Source of the DNA: Methyloceanibacter sp.
Lineage (GTDB): Bacteria > Pseudomonadota > Alphaproteobacteria > Rhizobiales > Methyloligellaceae
Assembly (NCBI GenBank): GCA_035715445.1
Contig: DASTKZ010000004.1
Span: forward strand, 1 to 62,038
DNA length: 62,038 nucleotides
Direction of reading: 5' to 3'
How positions within the stretch are numbered: the first letter of the stretch is position 1; each line of letters starts with the position of its first letter. The translations under genes and the position numbers were made by a program. Below the pieces are notes generated by a model. That model worked only from the letters and a program-made list of their open reading frames with translations. It had not been told where the DNA came from and ran no database searches. Positions 48,044 to 57,286 of this stretch are shown piece after piece.

Positions 48044-48735
48044 AACTGCCGATGAAAGAGTGCGCCCCTTCCGAACCTGTTGTGTTCGTCATTGACGATG
48101 ATGCGTCGGTTCGGGATTCATTGAAGAATCTCTTGGAGAGTGTCGGGCTGCGTGCCGAGTTGTTCGATTCGCCGCAAAGTTTTACCCAGGCTCACCTGCC
48201 CGATTCGCCGAGCTGTTTGATCCTGGATGTGAGGTTGCCCGGCCTCACCGGGCTCGAGTTTCAAAATCAACTGTTGAAGTCGGGCGTGTCGCTGCCGATC
48301 ATTTTCATCACGGGGCACGGCGATATTCCCATGAGCGTTCGTGCCATGAAGCTGGGTGCCGTCGAGTTTCTAACCAAGCCGTTCCGCGACCAGGACTTGC
48401 TGGAGGCAGTCCGGGTGGGCTTGGACAGGGACCGCGAGCGACGGAGCGATGAGAAGTCTCGTGCGGCCTTGCATGACCGTTTCGGGTCGTTGACGGCGCG
48501 TGAGAAGCAAGTGATCGGTTTGATCGCGACTGGTCTCTCCAATAAGCAAATTGCCGGCGAGATTGGGACCAGCAACGCGACGGCCAAGGTGCATCGGGCC
48601 AATATCATGCGCAAGATGCAAGCGCGCTCTCTAGCTGACTTGTTACGGATGGCGGACGTGCTCGATATTCGCGCGTGGAGCCCACGACGTAGTACTCCGT
48701 TTGACGACGACGGACCCGGCGCAACAGGTTTATAG
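48040..48735 (+). CDS. FixJ/NodW-family response regulator (REC plus LuxR HTH)
   Basis: VIDDD, LDVRLPG, ITGHGD, FLTKP, LT.REK, KVHRAN.MRKM. Confidence 0.94.
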   Translation: MKLPMKECAPSEPVVFVIDDDASVRDSLKNLLESVGLRAELFDSPQSFTQAHLPDSPSCLILDVRLPGLTGLEFQNQLLKSGVSLPIIFITGHGDIPMSVRAMKLGAVEFLTKPFRDQDLLEAVRVGLDRDRERRSDEKSRAALHDRFGSLTAREKQVIGLIATGLSNKQIAGEIGTSNATAKVHRANIMRKMQARSLADLLRMADVLDIRAWSPRRSTPFDDDGPGATGL

Positions 48736-48936
48736 CCAGATTTGGGTGGCATCCAAAGTCCGGTTCGCGTCAAAAGCGACATCGCACTACTCTTTGTCGG
48801 TAAGTCGAAGGCTAAGATGCTTGTCGTAATGCTCGGATCACGTCTTCCAACCGTTGCGAAGCACCCCGTCGTGATAGGCTCAATTTTGCAAAACGAACCC
48901 AATTGCTGCAGCGCAGTAGCGCCGCGACGAGTGGGC

Positions 48937-49938
48937 CTACCCACTGAGCCGCGTTTGGCTCGGCGGCTCGTCGAAAGCGCGCGCGTAGGCGCGGGCGAAT
49001 TGGCTCGCCGAGGCGAAGCCCGTGGCAAGCGCCACGTCGAGCACGGGCAGCGTCGTTTCGCGCAAAAGCTGGCGCGCCCGCTCAAGCCTCAGCCAACGAT
49101 AGTGCCGATGGATGCCGTGGCCAATATGGCGGCGGAACAGCCGCTCGAGCTGCCGGAGCGAAATTCGCGCCTTACGCGCCAGGGAGGCACGCGAAAGCGG
49201 CATCTCAATGCTCGCTTCCATCGCGCGCAACACCGCAAGCAGCTTCTCGTCGGCGATGCCGAGCCGGTAGCGGAGATCCATGCGCTGCGGGCCGAAGCCT
49301 TCGCGGACATGAGTGTGCAGGAACCAGTCGCCCACGGCGGCGGCGAGCTGACGGCCGCGATCCCTCTCGATAATGGCGACCATCATGTCGAGCGCCGAGA
49401 TGCCGCCCGAGCAGGTGATGCGGTTGCCGTCGATCTCGAACAGCGACGGCACGACCGCGACGCCGGGGAAGGCCTCGCGAAAGGCGGGCAGGTGCTCCCA
49501 ATGGAGCGTGGCGCGGCGCTGATCGAGAAGCCCCGCCTTGGCGACGAGGTAGGGTCCGCCGGAAATGCCGCCGATGACGGCGCCCTTGCGGGCGAGCCGC
49601 CGCAGCCAGGCAAACACCGAGCGGTCGTCGAACAGCGCCGGATTGCCGCCAGCGCAGACGAACACCATGTCGGCCGCGCGCTCGGTATTGGTGCCGCAAT
49701 CGGGGATGACGGCGACACCGTTCGAGGCGAGCACCGGCTTGCCGCCGGGGGCCGCATGCCACCAGCGATAAAGCTCGCGGCCGGAGAGAAGGTTCGCGGC
49801 GCGCAAGGGCTCGATCACCGCGGCATAAGACATCAACGCGAAACCCGGCACGAGCAAGAAGCCCACGGTTTGCGGGGCGTCGTGCTTGACGGGGATGGTG
49901 CCCTCGACCGGCGCGGGCGGGGCGTGCTTCATGGCCAT
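48937..49938 (-). CDS. GlxA-family (DJ-1 domain) AraC transcriptional regulator
   Basis: EPLRAAN, ATLHWEH, RQLERLF, VALATGF.S.SQF; divergent from mgd/sox. Confidence 0.93.
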   Translation of the reverse strand: MAMKHAPPAPVEGTIPVKHDAPQTVGFLLVPGFALMSYAAVIEPLRAANLLSGRELYRWWHAAPGGKPVLASNGVAVIPDCGTNTERAADMVFVCAGGNPALFDDRSVFAWLRRLARKGAVIGGISGGPYLVAKAGLLDQRRATLHWEHLPAFREAFPGVAVVPSLFEIDGNRITCSGGISALDMMVAIIERDRGRQLAAAVGDWFLHTHVREGFGPQRMDLRYRLGIADEKLLAVLRAMEASIEMPLSRASLARKARISLRQLERLFRRHIGHGIHRHYRWLRLERARQLLRETTLPVLDVALATGFASASQFARAYARAFDEPPSQTRLSG

Positions 49939-49944
49939 GTCGCA

Positions 49945-49974
49945 AAATGTCAAACATGCGGCGTGAAATGTCAA
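49945..49974. promoter_or_regulatory. AraC-type direct repeat operator
   Basis: AAATGTCAA at 49945 and 49966, a 21-bp period, in the 68-bp divergent spacer. Confidence 0.6.
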
Positions 49975-50006
49975 TCGCGGCGCCAAGCGGAGCGCAAAGA
50001 TCGCCC

Positions 50007-51257
50007 ATGCGCTATTCGCTCGGCAGCCTCCTCGTCAACGCCGTCACCGGCAACCGGCACTGGAAGCCGCTCTGGCGCGAGCCCGAGCCCAAGCCCGCCT
50101 ACGACGTCGTGATCGTCGGCGGCGGCGGCCACGGGCTCGCCGCCGCGCACTATCTCGCCAAAGAGCACGGCATCACCAATGTCGCCGTGGTCGAGAAATC
50201 CTATCTCGGCTCGGGCAATGTCGGGCGCAACACCACCATCGTCCGCTCCAACTATCTCCTTCCCGGCAATCTTCCCTTCTACGAATGGTCGATGAAGTTG
50301 TGGGAGGGGCTCGAGCAGGACGTCAACTACAACACGATGGTGAGCCAGCGCGGGGTGCTCAATGTCTTTCACAGCGACCCGCAGCGCGACGCTTATGCGA
50401 GGCGCGGCAACGCCATGCGGCTGCACGGCGTCGATGCCGAACTGATCGACCCCGAGCAAGTGCGCGCGCTCGTCCCCTTCGTCGATTTCGACAACGCGCG
50501 CTTTCCGGTGCGGGGCGGCCTGCTGCAGCCGCGCGGGGGCACGGTCCGGCATGACGCCGTCGCCTGGGGCTACGCCCGCTCAGCCGATGAGCGCGGTGTC
50601 GACATCATCCAGAACTGTGCCGCGACCGGCTTCCGCATCGGAGGCGGCCGCGTTCTCGGCGTCGAGACCAAGAAAGGCTTCATCGCCGCCAAGAAGGTCG
50701 CGCTGTCATGCGCCGGCAACTCCTCGCGCGTCGCCGCCATGGCGGGCTTACGGCTGCCGATCGAAAGCCACTCGGTCCAGGCCTTTGTCACCGAAGGCGT
50801 GAAGCCGGTGATCGACGTGGTGATGACGTTCGGCGCCGGACATTTCTATGTCAGTCAGTCGGATAAAGGCGGGCTTGTCTTCGGCGGCGATATCGAGGGT
50901 TACAATTCCTACGCCCAACGCGGCAATCTGCCGGTGATCGAGGATGTGTGCGAGGGCGGGATGGCGCTCATGCCGGTGATCGGACGCCTGCGCATCCTGC
51001 GCTCGTGGGGCGGGCTGCTCGACATGACGATGGACGGTTCGCCGATCATCGACAAGACGCCGATCGACGGGCTCTATCTCAACGCCGGCTGGTGCTATGG
51101 CGGCTTCAAGGCGACGCCGGCATCGGGCTGGTGCTTCGCCCATCTCATCGCCACGGGCGAGCCGCATCCTTTGGCCGCCGCCTATCGTCTCGACCGCTTC
51201 GCTCAAGGCCGCGTCGTCGACGAGAAGGGCATGGGCGCGCAACCGAACCTGCACTGA
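50007..51257 (+). CDS. mgdA: N-methylglutamate dehydrogenase subunit A / sarcosine oxidase beta
   Basis: GGGGHGLA, GRNTTIVRSNY, RHDAVAWGYA, GWCYGGFKATP. mgd rather than sox is inferred from the mgs/gmaS context. Confidence 0.88.
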   Translation: MRYSLGSLLVNAVTGNRHWKPLWREPEPKPAYDVVIVGGGGHGLAAAHYLAKEHGITNVAVVEKSYLGSGNVGRNTTIVRSNYLLPGNLPFYEWSMKLWEGLEQDVNYNTMVSQRGVLNVFHSDPQRDAYARRGNAMRLHGVDAELIDPEQVRALVPFVDFDNARFPVRGGLLQPRGGTVRHDAVAWGYARSADERGVDIIQNCAATGFRIGGGRVLGVETKKGFIAAKKVALSCAGNSSRVAAMAGLRLPIESHSVQAFVTEGVKPVIDVVMTFGAGHFYVSQSDKGGLVFGGDIEGYNSYAQRGNLPVIEDVCEGGMALMPVIGRLRILRSWGGLLDMTMDGSPIIDKTPIDGLYLNAGWCYGGFKATPASGWCFAHLIATGEPHPLAAAYRLDRFAQGRVVDEKGMGAQPNLH

Positions 51258-51267
51258 GGCCGAAGCC

Positions 51268-51537
51268 ATGCGCATCACCTGTCCTTATTGCGGCGAGCGG
51301 GCGCTGGAGGAATTCACCTATCGCGGCGACGCTACGGTGAAGCGGCCCGAGAGCCTCGATCCCGGCGCTTCCGGCGCATGGGTCGACTACGTTTATCTCC
51401 GCGACAATCCGGCTGGGCTGCACAAGGAACACTGGCATCACAGCGCGGGCTGCCATTCTTGGCTCGTGGTCACGCGCAATATGAGCACGCACGAGATCGT
51501 CGCGGTCGAGCCCGCCGCGAAGGAGACTTCGAAATGA
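51268..51537 (+). CDS. mgdB: N-methylglutamate dehydrogenase subunit B / sarcosine oxidase delta
   Basis: CPYCG.R..EF, LRDNP.G, H..GC Zn motif. Confidence 0.88.
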   Translation: MRITCPYCGERALEEFTYRGDATVKRPESLDPGASGAWVDYVYLRDNPAGLHKEHWHHSAGCHSWLVVTRNMSTHEIVAVEPAAKETSK

Positions 51538-54515
51538 CGGCCCCGCATCAGCCGAACCGGCTCGCAGACGGCAGCCTGATCGACCGCTCGCGGACCTTGC
51601 GCTTTGATTTCGACGGCAGAGAGCTCAGCGGCCATCCCGGCGACACGCTCGCCTCGGCGCTGCTTGCCAACGGCGTTCGTCTCGTCGGCCGCTCGTTCAA
51701 ATACCATCGCCCGCGCGGCATTCTCACCGCGGGGTCGGAAGAGCCGAATGCTCTGGTCGAACTTCGCACGGGCGCGCGGCGCGAGCCCAATACCCGCGCC
51801 ACCACGATCGAGCTTTACGAGGGGCTTGTCGCCGCAAGCCAGAATCGGTGGCCCTCGCTCAAGCTCGATGTTCTCGCCGTGAATCAGCTCTTCGCGCCGA
51901 TCTTCACCGCGGGCTTTTACTACAAGACCTTCATGTGGCCCGCTTCGTTCTGGGAGAAGGTCTACGAGCCGATGATCCGCCGCGCCGCGGGGTTAGGCCG
52001 CGCGGCCGAAGCGCCCGATCCCGACCATTACGAGAAGGCTAACGCCTTCTGCGACGTGCTGGTGATCGGCTCAGGGCCTGCCGGACTTGCCGTGGCGCGG
52101 GCCGCCGCCCGGTCGGGCGCGCGCGTGATCCTGTGCGAGGAGGATTTCCGCCTCGGCGGGACGCTGCTCGCCGAACGCCACGACATCGACGGCGCGCCCG
52201 CGCGCGACTTCGCCGAGACGGTCGAGGCAGAGCTCGAAGCGCTGCCTGAGTGCCGGATCTTGCGGCGCACCACCGTGCAGGGCGTTTACGACGGCGGCAC
52301 CTATGCCGCGCTCGAACGCGTCAACGATCACGTTCCGCTGCCGCCGGCGCACGAGCCGCGCCAGCGGCTGTGGCGCATCGTGGCCAAGCGCGCGGTGGTT
52401 TGCGCCGGGGCCATCGAGCGGCCGATCGTGTTCGGCGACAATGACCGGCCCGGCGTCATGCTGGCGGGAGCCGTGCGCGCTTACGTCAATCGCTTCGGCG
52501 TCGCGCCGGGACGCCGCACCGTTGTCTTCGCCGACAATGACGACGCGTTCCGGACGGTTGCCGACCTCGCCCAGGCTGGAGTCGAAGTCGCGGCCGTGGT
52601 CGATGGGCGGCGGACCGCCTCACGCGCCGCGCAAGGGGCAGCCGAGGCGGCAGGCGCCCGCTACTTTGCCAATGCCGCGATCGAGCGCGTGCGGGGGCGC
52701 CACGGCGTCAAAGGCATCGAGATCAGGGATGCGAGCGGCGCCCGCGCCAAGTTCGCTTGCGACCTCATTGCCGTCTCCGGCGGCTGGAATCCCGCGCTTC
52801 ATCTCACCACCCATCTCAACGGCAAGCCGCAATGGAACGAAGCTCTCGCGGCGCTGGTTCCTGGTACTTTGCCGCCGGGATTAAGCGTCGCCGGCGCGGC
52901 CAAGGGCACTTACGGGCTCGAAGCGTGTCTCGCCGAAGGCGACGAAGCAGGCGCCACGGCCGCGTCCGAATGCGGCTTCGCGGCTTCGCCCTCGCGAGCT
53001 CGCGTTGCCGCGCAAACCGCCACGACAAGCCCGGTGTGGCATGTCGAGAAGAGCAAGGGCAAGGCCTTCGTCGATTTCCAGAACGACGTCGCGGTCTCCG
53101 ACGTGAAGCTTGCCGCGCGCGAGGGCTTCCGCATCCCCGAGCATCTCAAGCGCTACACGACGCTCGGCATGGCGACTGACCAGGGCAAGACCGGCAACGC
53201 CAACGGGGCCGCGGTTCTTGCCGCCGCAACCGGGCGCTATATCGGCGCGGTCGGCACCACCACGTACCGGCCGCCCTATACGCCGATCGCCATCAGCGCC
53301 TTTGCCGGCCATCACCGCGGACGCGACTTCCGCCCCGCCCGGCTTGCGCCGTCGCATCGATGGGCCGAGGAGCAGGGTGCCGTGTTCGTCGAGACCGGTC
53401 CCTGGCTTCGCGCGCTCTACTATCCGAAGTCGGGCGAGCAGCCGCAAGGCTCCGTCAACCGCGAAGTCGCGACCGTCCGCAGCCAGGCCGGAGTGTGCGA
53501 CGTCTCGACGCTCGGCAAGATCGACGTGCAAGGCAAGGACGCCGGACTCTTTCTCGATCGCGTCTATACCAGCACCTTCTCGACGCTGCCGGTGGGGAAG
53601 GCGCGCTACGGGCTCATGCTGCGCGAGGACGGGTTCGTGCTCGACGACGGCACGACCGCGAGGCTCGCCGAGGACCACTATTTCATGACCACCACCACGT
53701 TGAACGCGGTCAAGATCATGCAGCATCTCGAATTCTGCCAGCAAGCGTTGTGGCCCGAGCTCGACGTGCAGACGGTCTCCGTGACGGAACAATGGGCGCA
53801 ATTCGCCATCGCCGGTCCTCGCGCGCGCGAGGTGCTGCAAGGCGTGGTCGATTCCGAGCACGACCTCTCCAACGCGGGCTTTCCCTATCTTGCCTGCGGC
53901 GAGTTAAGCGTTGCAGGCGGGATCCCCGCGCGGGTCTACCGCCTCTCCTTTTCCGGCGAGCTTGCCTACGAGATTGGCGTTCCGGCGGGGTTCGGCGACG
54001 CCCTGATCCGCGCCATCATGGAAGCGGGCGCGCCGTTCGGACTTGCGCCTTACGGCACCGAGGCGCTCGGCGTGCTCCGCATCGAGAAGGGGCATCCCGC
54101 GGGCGCGGAACTCAACGGCCAAACCACGGCGCACGATCTCGGTTTCGGCAAGATGCTCTCGGCCAAGAAGGATTTCATCGGCCGGTTCATGGCGGCGCGC
54201 GAAGCGCTGACCAATAATTCGCGGCCGACGCTTGTAGGATTGAAGCCGCTTGGCCGCGATGATCGCATCCGCGCCGGCGCCCATCTCATCCCCAAGGACA
54301 AGGAGGCGAACGCCAGAAACGATCAGGGCTATGTCACCTCGATCGCGTTCTCGCCCTCGCTCGGCCATTGGCTTGGCCTTGGGCTGCTCGCCCGCGGGCC
54401 AGAGCGGCATGGTGAGATCGTGCGCGCTTACGATCCCGTGCGCGGCGGCGATACCCTGGTCGAAGTGCGGCCGCCCTGCTTCATCGATCCGGAAGGAGAG
54501 CGCCTCCGTGCCTAG
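51534..54515 (+). CDS. mgdC: N-methylglutamate dehydrogenase subunit C / sarcosine oxidase alpha
   Basis: GRSFKYHRPRG, GFYYKTFMWP, KRYTTLGMATDQGK, GcvT-like DVSTLGKI and LRIEKG. Confidence 0.9.
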   Translation: MTAPHQPNRLADGSLIDRSRTLRFDFDGRELSGHPGDTLASALLANGVRLVGRSFKYHRPRGILTAGSEEPNALVELRTGARREPNTRATTIELYEGLVAASQNRWPSLKLDVLAVNQLFAPIFTAGFYYKTFMWPASFWEKVYEPMIRRAAGLGRAAEAPDPDHYEKANAFCDVLVIGSGPAGLAVARAAARSGARVILCEEDFRLGGTLLAERHDIDGAPARDFAETVEAELEALPECRILRRTTVQGVYDGGTYAALERVNDHVPLPPAHEPRQRLWRIVAKRAVVCAGAIERPIVFGDNDRPGVMLAGAVRAYVNRFGVAPGRRTVVFADNDDAFRTVADLAQAGVEVAAVVDGRRTASRAAQGAAEAAGARYFANAAIERVRGRHGVKGIEIRDASGARAKFACDLIAVSGGWNPALHLTTHLNGKPQWNEALAALVPGTLPPGLSVAGAAKGTYGLEACLAEGDEAGATAASECGFAASPSRARVAAQTATTSPVWHVEKSKGKAFVDFQNDVAVSDVKLAAREGFRIPEHLKRYTTLGMATDQGKTGNANGAAVLAAATGRYIGAVGTTTYRPPYTPIAISAFAGHHRGRDFRPARLAPSHRWAEEQGAVFVETGPWLRALYYPKSGEQPQGSVNREVATVRSQAGVCDVSTLGKIDVQGKDAGLFLDRVYTSTFSTLPVGKARYGLMLREDGFVLDDGTTARLAEDHYFMTTTTLNAVKIMQHLEFCQQALWPELDVQTVSVTEQWAQFAIAGPRAREVLQGVVDSEHDLSNAGFPYLACGELSVAGGIPARVYRLSFSGELAYEIGVPAGFGDALIRAIMEAGAPFGLAPYGTEALGVLRIEKGHPAGAELNGQTTAHDLGFGKMLSAKKDFIGRFMAAREALTNNSRPTLVGLKPLGRDDRIRAGAHLIPKDKEANARNDQGYVTSIAFSPSLGHWLGLGLLARGPERHGEIVRAYDPVRGGDTLVEVRPPCFIDPEGERLRA

Positions 54516-55134
54516 CCGCACCTTCCACGCGTCCTCCGCACTTGCGGGCCTCGCCGTTCCCGGCCGCTTCGGCAGGGAAGGGGGTGAGGCCGGCGTTGCG
54601 ATCGAAGAGCGAACCGGGCTCGGTCTCGCCACCGTCGCCGCGCGGAAGGGCGAGGCGGAAGCGCTGAAACGGGCGGTCGCGTCGGCCTACGGGGTCGAGC
54701 TTCCCGATCGCTCGCGCGCCGTGCACGGGCCGTCGGTGAGCTTTATCGGCTACGGGCCCGGGCAATGGCTTGCCGTGTCGGAAGCGTTTGCCGGCGAGGC
54801 GCTTGCGCGCGAACTCGGCGAACGCCTGCGCGGGCTCGCCTCGATCTCCGATCAGAGCGGCGGCCGGACGGTGCTGCGCGTGAGCGGGCCTTACGCCCAC
54901 GCCGTGCTCGCCAAAGGCCTGCCGATCGACCTTCATCCGCGCGCCTTCGAAACCGGAAGCGCCGCGACCAGCACGATCTCGCTCATGGGCGTGCAGATTT
55001 GGCAGGTCGATGACGCGCCTACCTACGACCTTGCGATCTTCCGCAGCGTTTCGGCGAGCTTTTGGCGCTGGCTGACCGCCTCGGCGGGAGAGTTCGGCTA
55101 CACGGTGGCGAAGGGCGGAAGCCGGCCGCAATAG
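54508..55134 (+). CDS. mgdD: N-methylglutamate dehydrogenase subunit D / sarcosine oxidase gamma
   Basis: GPGQWL, DQS, VLAKG.PIDLHP, RS.S.SFW.WL; GTG start overlapping mgdC. Confidence 0.88.
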   Translation: MPSRTFHASSALAGLAVPGRFGREGGEAGVAIEERTGLGLATVAARKGEAEALKRAVASAYGVELPDRSRAVHGPSVSFIGYGPGQWLAVSEAFAGEALARELGERLRGLASISDQSGGRTVLRVSGPYAHAVLAKGLPIDLHPRAFETGSAATSTISLMGVQIWQVDDAPTYDLAIFRSVSASFWRWLTASAGEFGYTVAKGGSRPQ

Positions 55135-55136
55135 AA

Positions 55137-55166
55137 AAGGCGCGCGAGGCGGCCCCCGCGCGCCTT
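55137..55166. terminator. Stem-loop terminator between convergent genes
   Basis: AAGGCGCGCG / CGCGCGCCTT 10-bp stem preceded by an A run. Confidence 0.7.
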
Positions 55167-55184
55167 CGATGGTTTTCAAGCAAG

Positions 55185-55790
55185 CTAAGCCGGCTTGATA
55201 TCGATGGCCACGGCGCGGGTTACGAGCAGCGCCACGTCGTCGCCCACCTCGACCTGGTCGAAGCCCTGAATGTCGGGACCGATCGCAATCGTGCGCGTCT
55301 TGCCCCCGGTCCCGGCAAAGGTGATGGTGCGCTGGTTGCGGTTGATGGCGGCGACGGTGTCGGTGATCTCGATCGTGGTGAGGTCGGTGGCGCCATGCGG
55401 TGTCGCTTCAACCCAATCCTGCTCGGCGACGGTCGGCGCATTCATGTTCATGCCGGCCTCTTCCTCCTGGGCAAAGCCGTCGGCGGCGGGCGCCTTATTG
55501 AGCTTGCGCAACCCCACGGCCACCTCATCGGCATAGCTGATGGTGATCCGCTCTTTCAGCTTGATCAGCTTGATGTGCTCGGGCTTGACCTTGACCTCAA
55601 CCCAGTTGTTGTTCGGGCCGACAAGGGTGACGACCTGCTTGGTCACGTCGATCGCTTGGACCGTGGCGACCATGGAAATCACGCCGGCATCGCTCTCGAT
55701 CTCGACCGGCCCGGCCTTCGCGGCGTCAATCAACAAAAGCGACAGAGCAACAACAAACGCGCCCTTCAGCGCAGCCATAAGCAACTTCAT
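55185..55790 (-). CDS. Periplasmic protein with two internal beta-rich (OB-fold-like) repeats
   Basis: GGAGG RBS, signal peptide, repeats ATVQAIDVTKQVVTLVGP / DTVAAINRNQRTITFAGT. Confidence 0.8.
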   Translation of the reverse strand: MKLLMAALKGAFVVALSLLLIDAAKAGPVEIESDAGVISMVATVQAIDVTKQVVTLVGPNNNWVEVKVKPEHIKLIKLKERITISYADEVAVGLRKLNKAPAADGFAQEEEAGMNMNAPTVAEQDWVEATPHGATDLTTIEITDTVAAINRNQRTITFAGTGGKTRTIAIGPDIQGFDQVEVGDDVALLVTRAVAIDIKPA

Positions 55791-55828
55791 CGTTACCTCC
55801 AACACTGACATTCGAAACGAACGACGCA

Positions 55829-56731
55829 TTACCAGTTGAAGGTGACACCCATCAATGGTCCATGCTGAACGACGTTAAGGGCGTTCTCTCCGAAGCGGCC
55901 GTTCTCGCTGTAATCGACAGCAAGCGCGCGGTAACCGATCACCGTGTGGAGTGGCTTCCCGAAGCAATTGACGTCGAAGCCATACGTGGCGACGGCTTGC
56001 CACGAAAATTCACTCCCGGCGCCAAAACCTCCAACATCTCCTATGAGCGTAAACTCTCTGCCAGGGGCAATCTGATGCCTGATCCGCGCTCCCACGACGG
56101 GATCGACCCATTCAAGATCGCCGGATCGCGCGATCGCTACACGGCGTGATCTCTGAAACTGAAGGCCGAGTTCCCGTAGATCGACCGTGAGCGTACCGGT
56201 GAGACGCAGAGAAAGATCGACCTCTTGGTTCCAGTAGCGTGCGCTCCCCATCAGGTCCAAAGCTGTAAAGCTGCCCGGTGCGCTTTGCCAACGGGCGATT
56301 TCATAAGAGACACCTGATTGGATAATGAGTTCTTGGTAGTCAAGCTGGGCATTGCCCCTGACGTTCAGAGCAGCTCTGTCAAATCGCCCGAGCGGATCTC
56401 TGGTGATGTTGAAGTCGCCGGGAAATCCAAGATCAGCCCATACGAGGTCGGTAAAGAAGGCGAGGCGGCCTTTGCGCGCCTCGAAATAGCTCATCCAAGC
56501 GAGTAGTGAATCACTCTTCTCGACGATCTCGATGAAGCTTTCATTGACGTCGACCTTGTGCCCACGCACGGTCACGTCACCGTTGATACTGGTTGCCCAG
56601 CCATAGGGCGTGAAACTGAATTGCCATTTGTCGGGCAATTCTGCCGGTTCGGCGTAACCTAAATCGGCCGCCATCGCGGGGCTTGAGGCCCCAAGCCAAG
56701 CGCAGACCGCTAAGAGGCGGGCGTGGTTCAC
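55829..56731 (-). CDS. Putative outer-membrane beta-barrel protein
   Basis: Signal peptide (AMA-ADL), W.F..TPYGW, WVDPVVGAR, GDVGGFG, C-terminal aromatic (GVTFNW). Confidence 0.85.
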   Translation of the reverse strand: MNHARLLAVCAWLGASSPAMAADLGYAEPAELPDKWQFSFTPYGWATSINGDVTVRGHKVDVNESFIEIVEKSDSLLAWMSYFEARKGRLAFFTDLVWADLGFPGDFNITRDPLGRFDRAALNVRGNAQLDYQELIIQSGVSYEIARWQSAPGSFTALDLMGSARYWNQEVDLSLRLTGTLTVDLRELGLQFQRSRRVAIARSGDLEWVDPVVGARIRHQIAPGREFTLIGDVGGFGAGSEFSWQAVATYGFDVNCFGKPLHTVIGYRALAVDYSENGRFGENALNVVQHGPLMGVTFNW

Positions 56732-56858
56732 GGTGGACTTACCCCCAAGGCCAAATGGGCTCGCGGCCCATAGGTAACACCTAAGGCGGGGTCCGGGTTG
56801 TGCAAAAAGGCAACAGAGGAGGGGGAAAATTCGCGAAAGGTAGCAAAAAACCGGGTTT

Positions 56859-57116
56859 CTAACCCGTTTTTCGTCGCCTGAGCGGATAGCTCGCGTTGTC
56901 GTAAAGAGCGCGGATGCCGTAGCCGTCGAAACGCTCCTCGTTGACCTCGAGCGTGCTGCCGATGAGAAGCTCGGGTGGCAGTTCCTCGACGGCGTACTTG
57001 ATCGCTTCGGCGGCACTCTTGAAGCGCGTATAGCGCATCGGCCGCTTTCCGGTTTTGCTCGCGCTGGCGTAAAGCTCGGCGGGAGCCCTGTAATCGAACG
57101 CACGCACGAGCGGCAT
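56859..57116 (-). CDS. Small hypothetical protein (Hyphomicrobiales type)
   Basis: FDY.APAEL, Y.RF..AAEAI.YA.E.LP, I..LY...YPL pattern. Confidence 0.8.
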   Translation of the reverse strand: MPLVRAFDYRAPAELYASASKTGKRPMRYTRFKSAAEAIKYAVEELPPELLIGSTLEVNEERFDGYGIRALYDNASYPLRRRKTG

Positions 57117-57286
57117 TAAAGCATGGCGGACGAAGCAAGGCCAGCGTCGGCGTATGCTGTTTACTGCTTTTAAGGCGCCGAAGGGATTGCCGGTCGCGCC
57201 GTTCGTTGTCAGGTTATGACTTGGTGAATGTCCGAGGCGCGGGTTGTGCAGATCCGTGCTCGGGTGCCTCTTTGGAGGTCGATCTC

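Noticed and set aside
45200-48930. Prophage or integrative element
   Set aside because: No integrase, transposase, phage gene, tRNA target or terminal repeats were visible.
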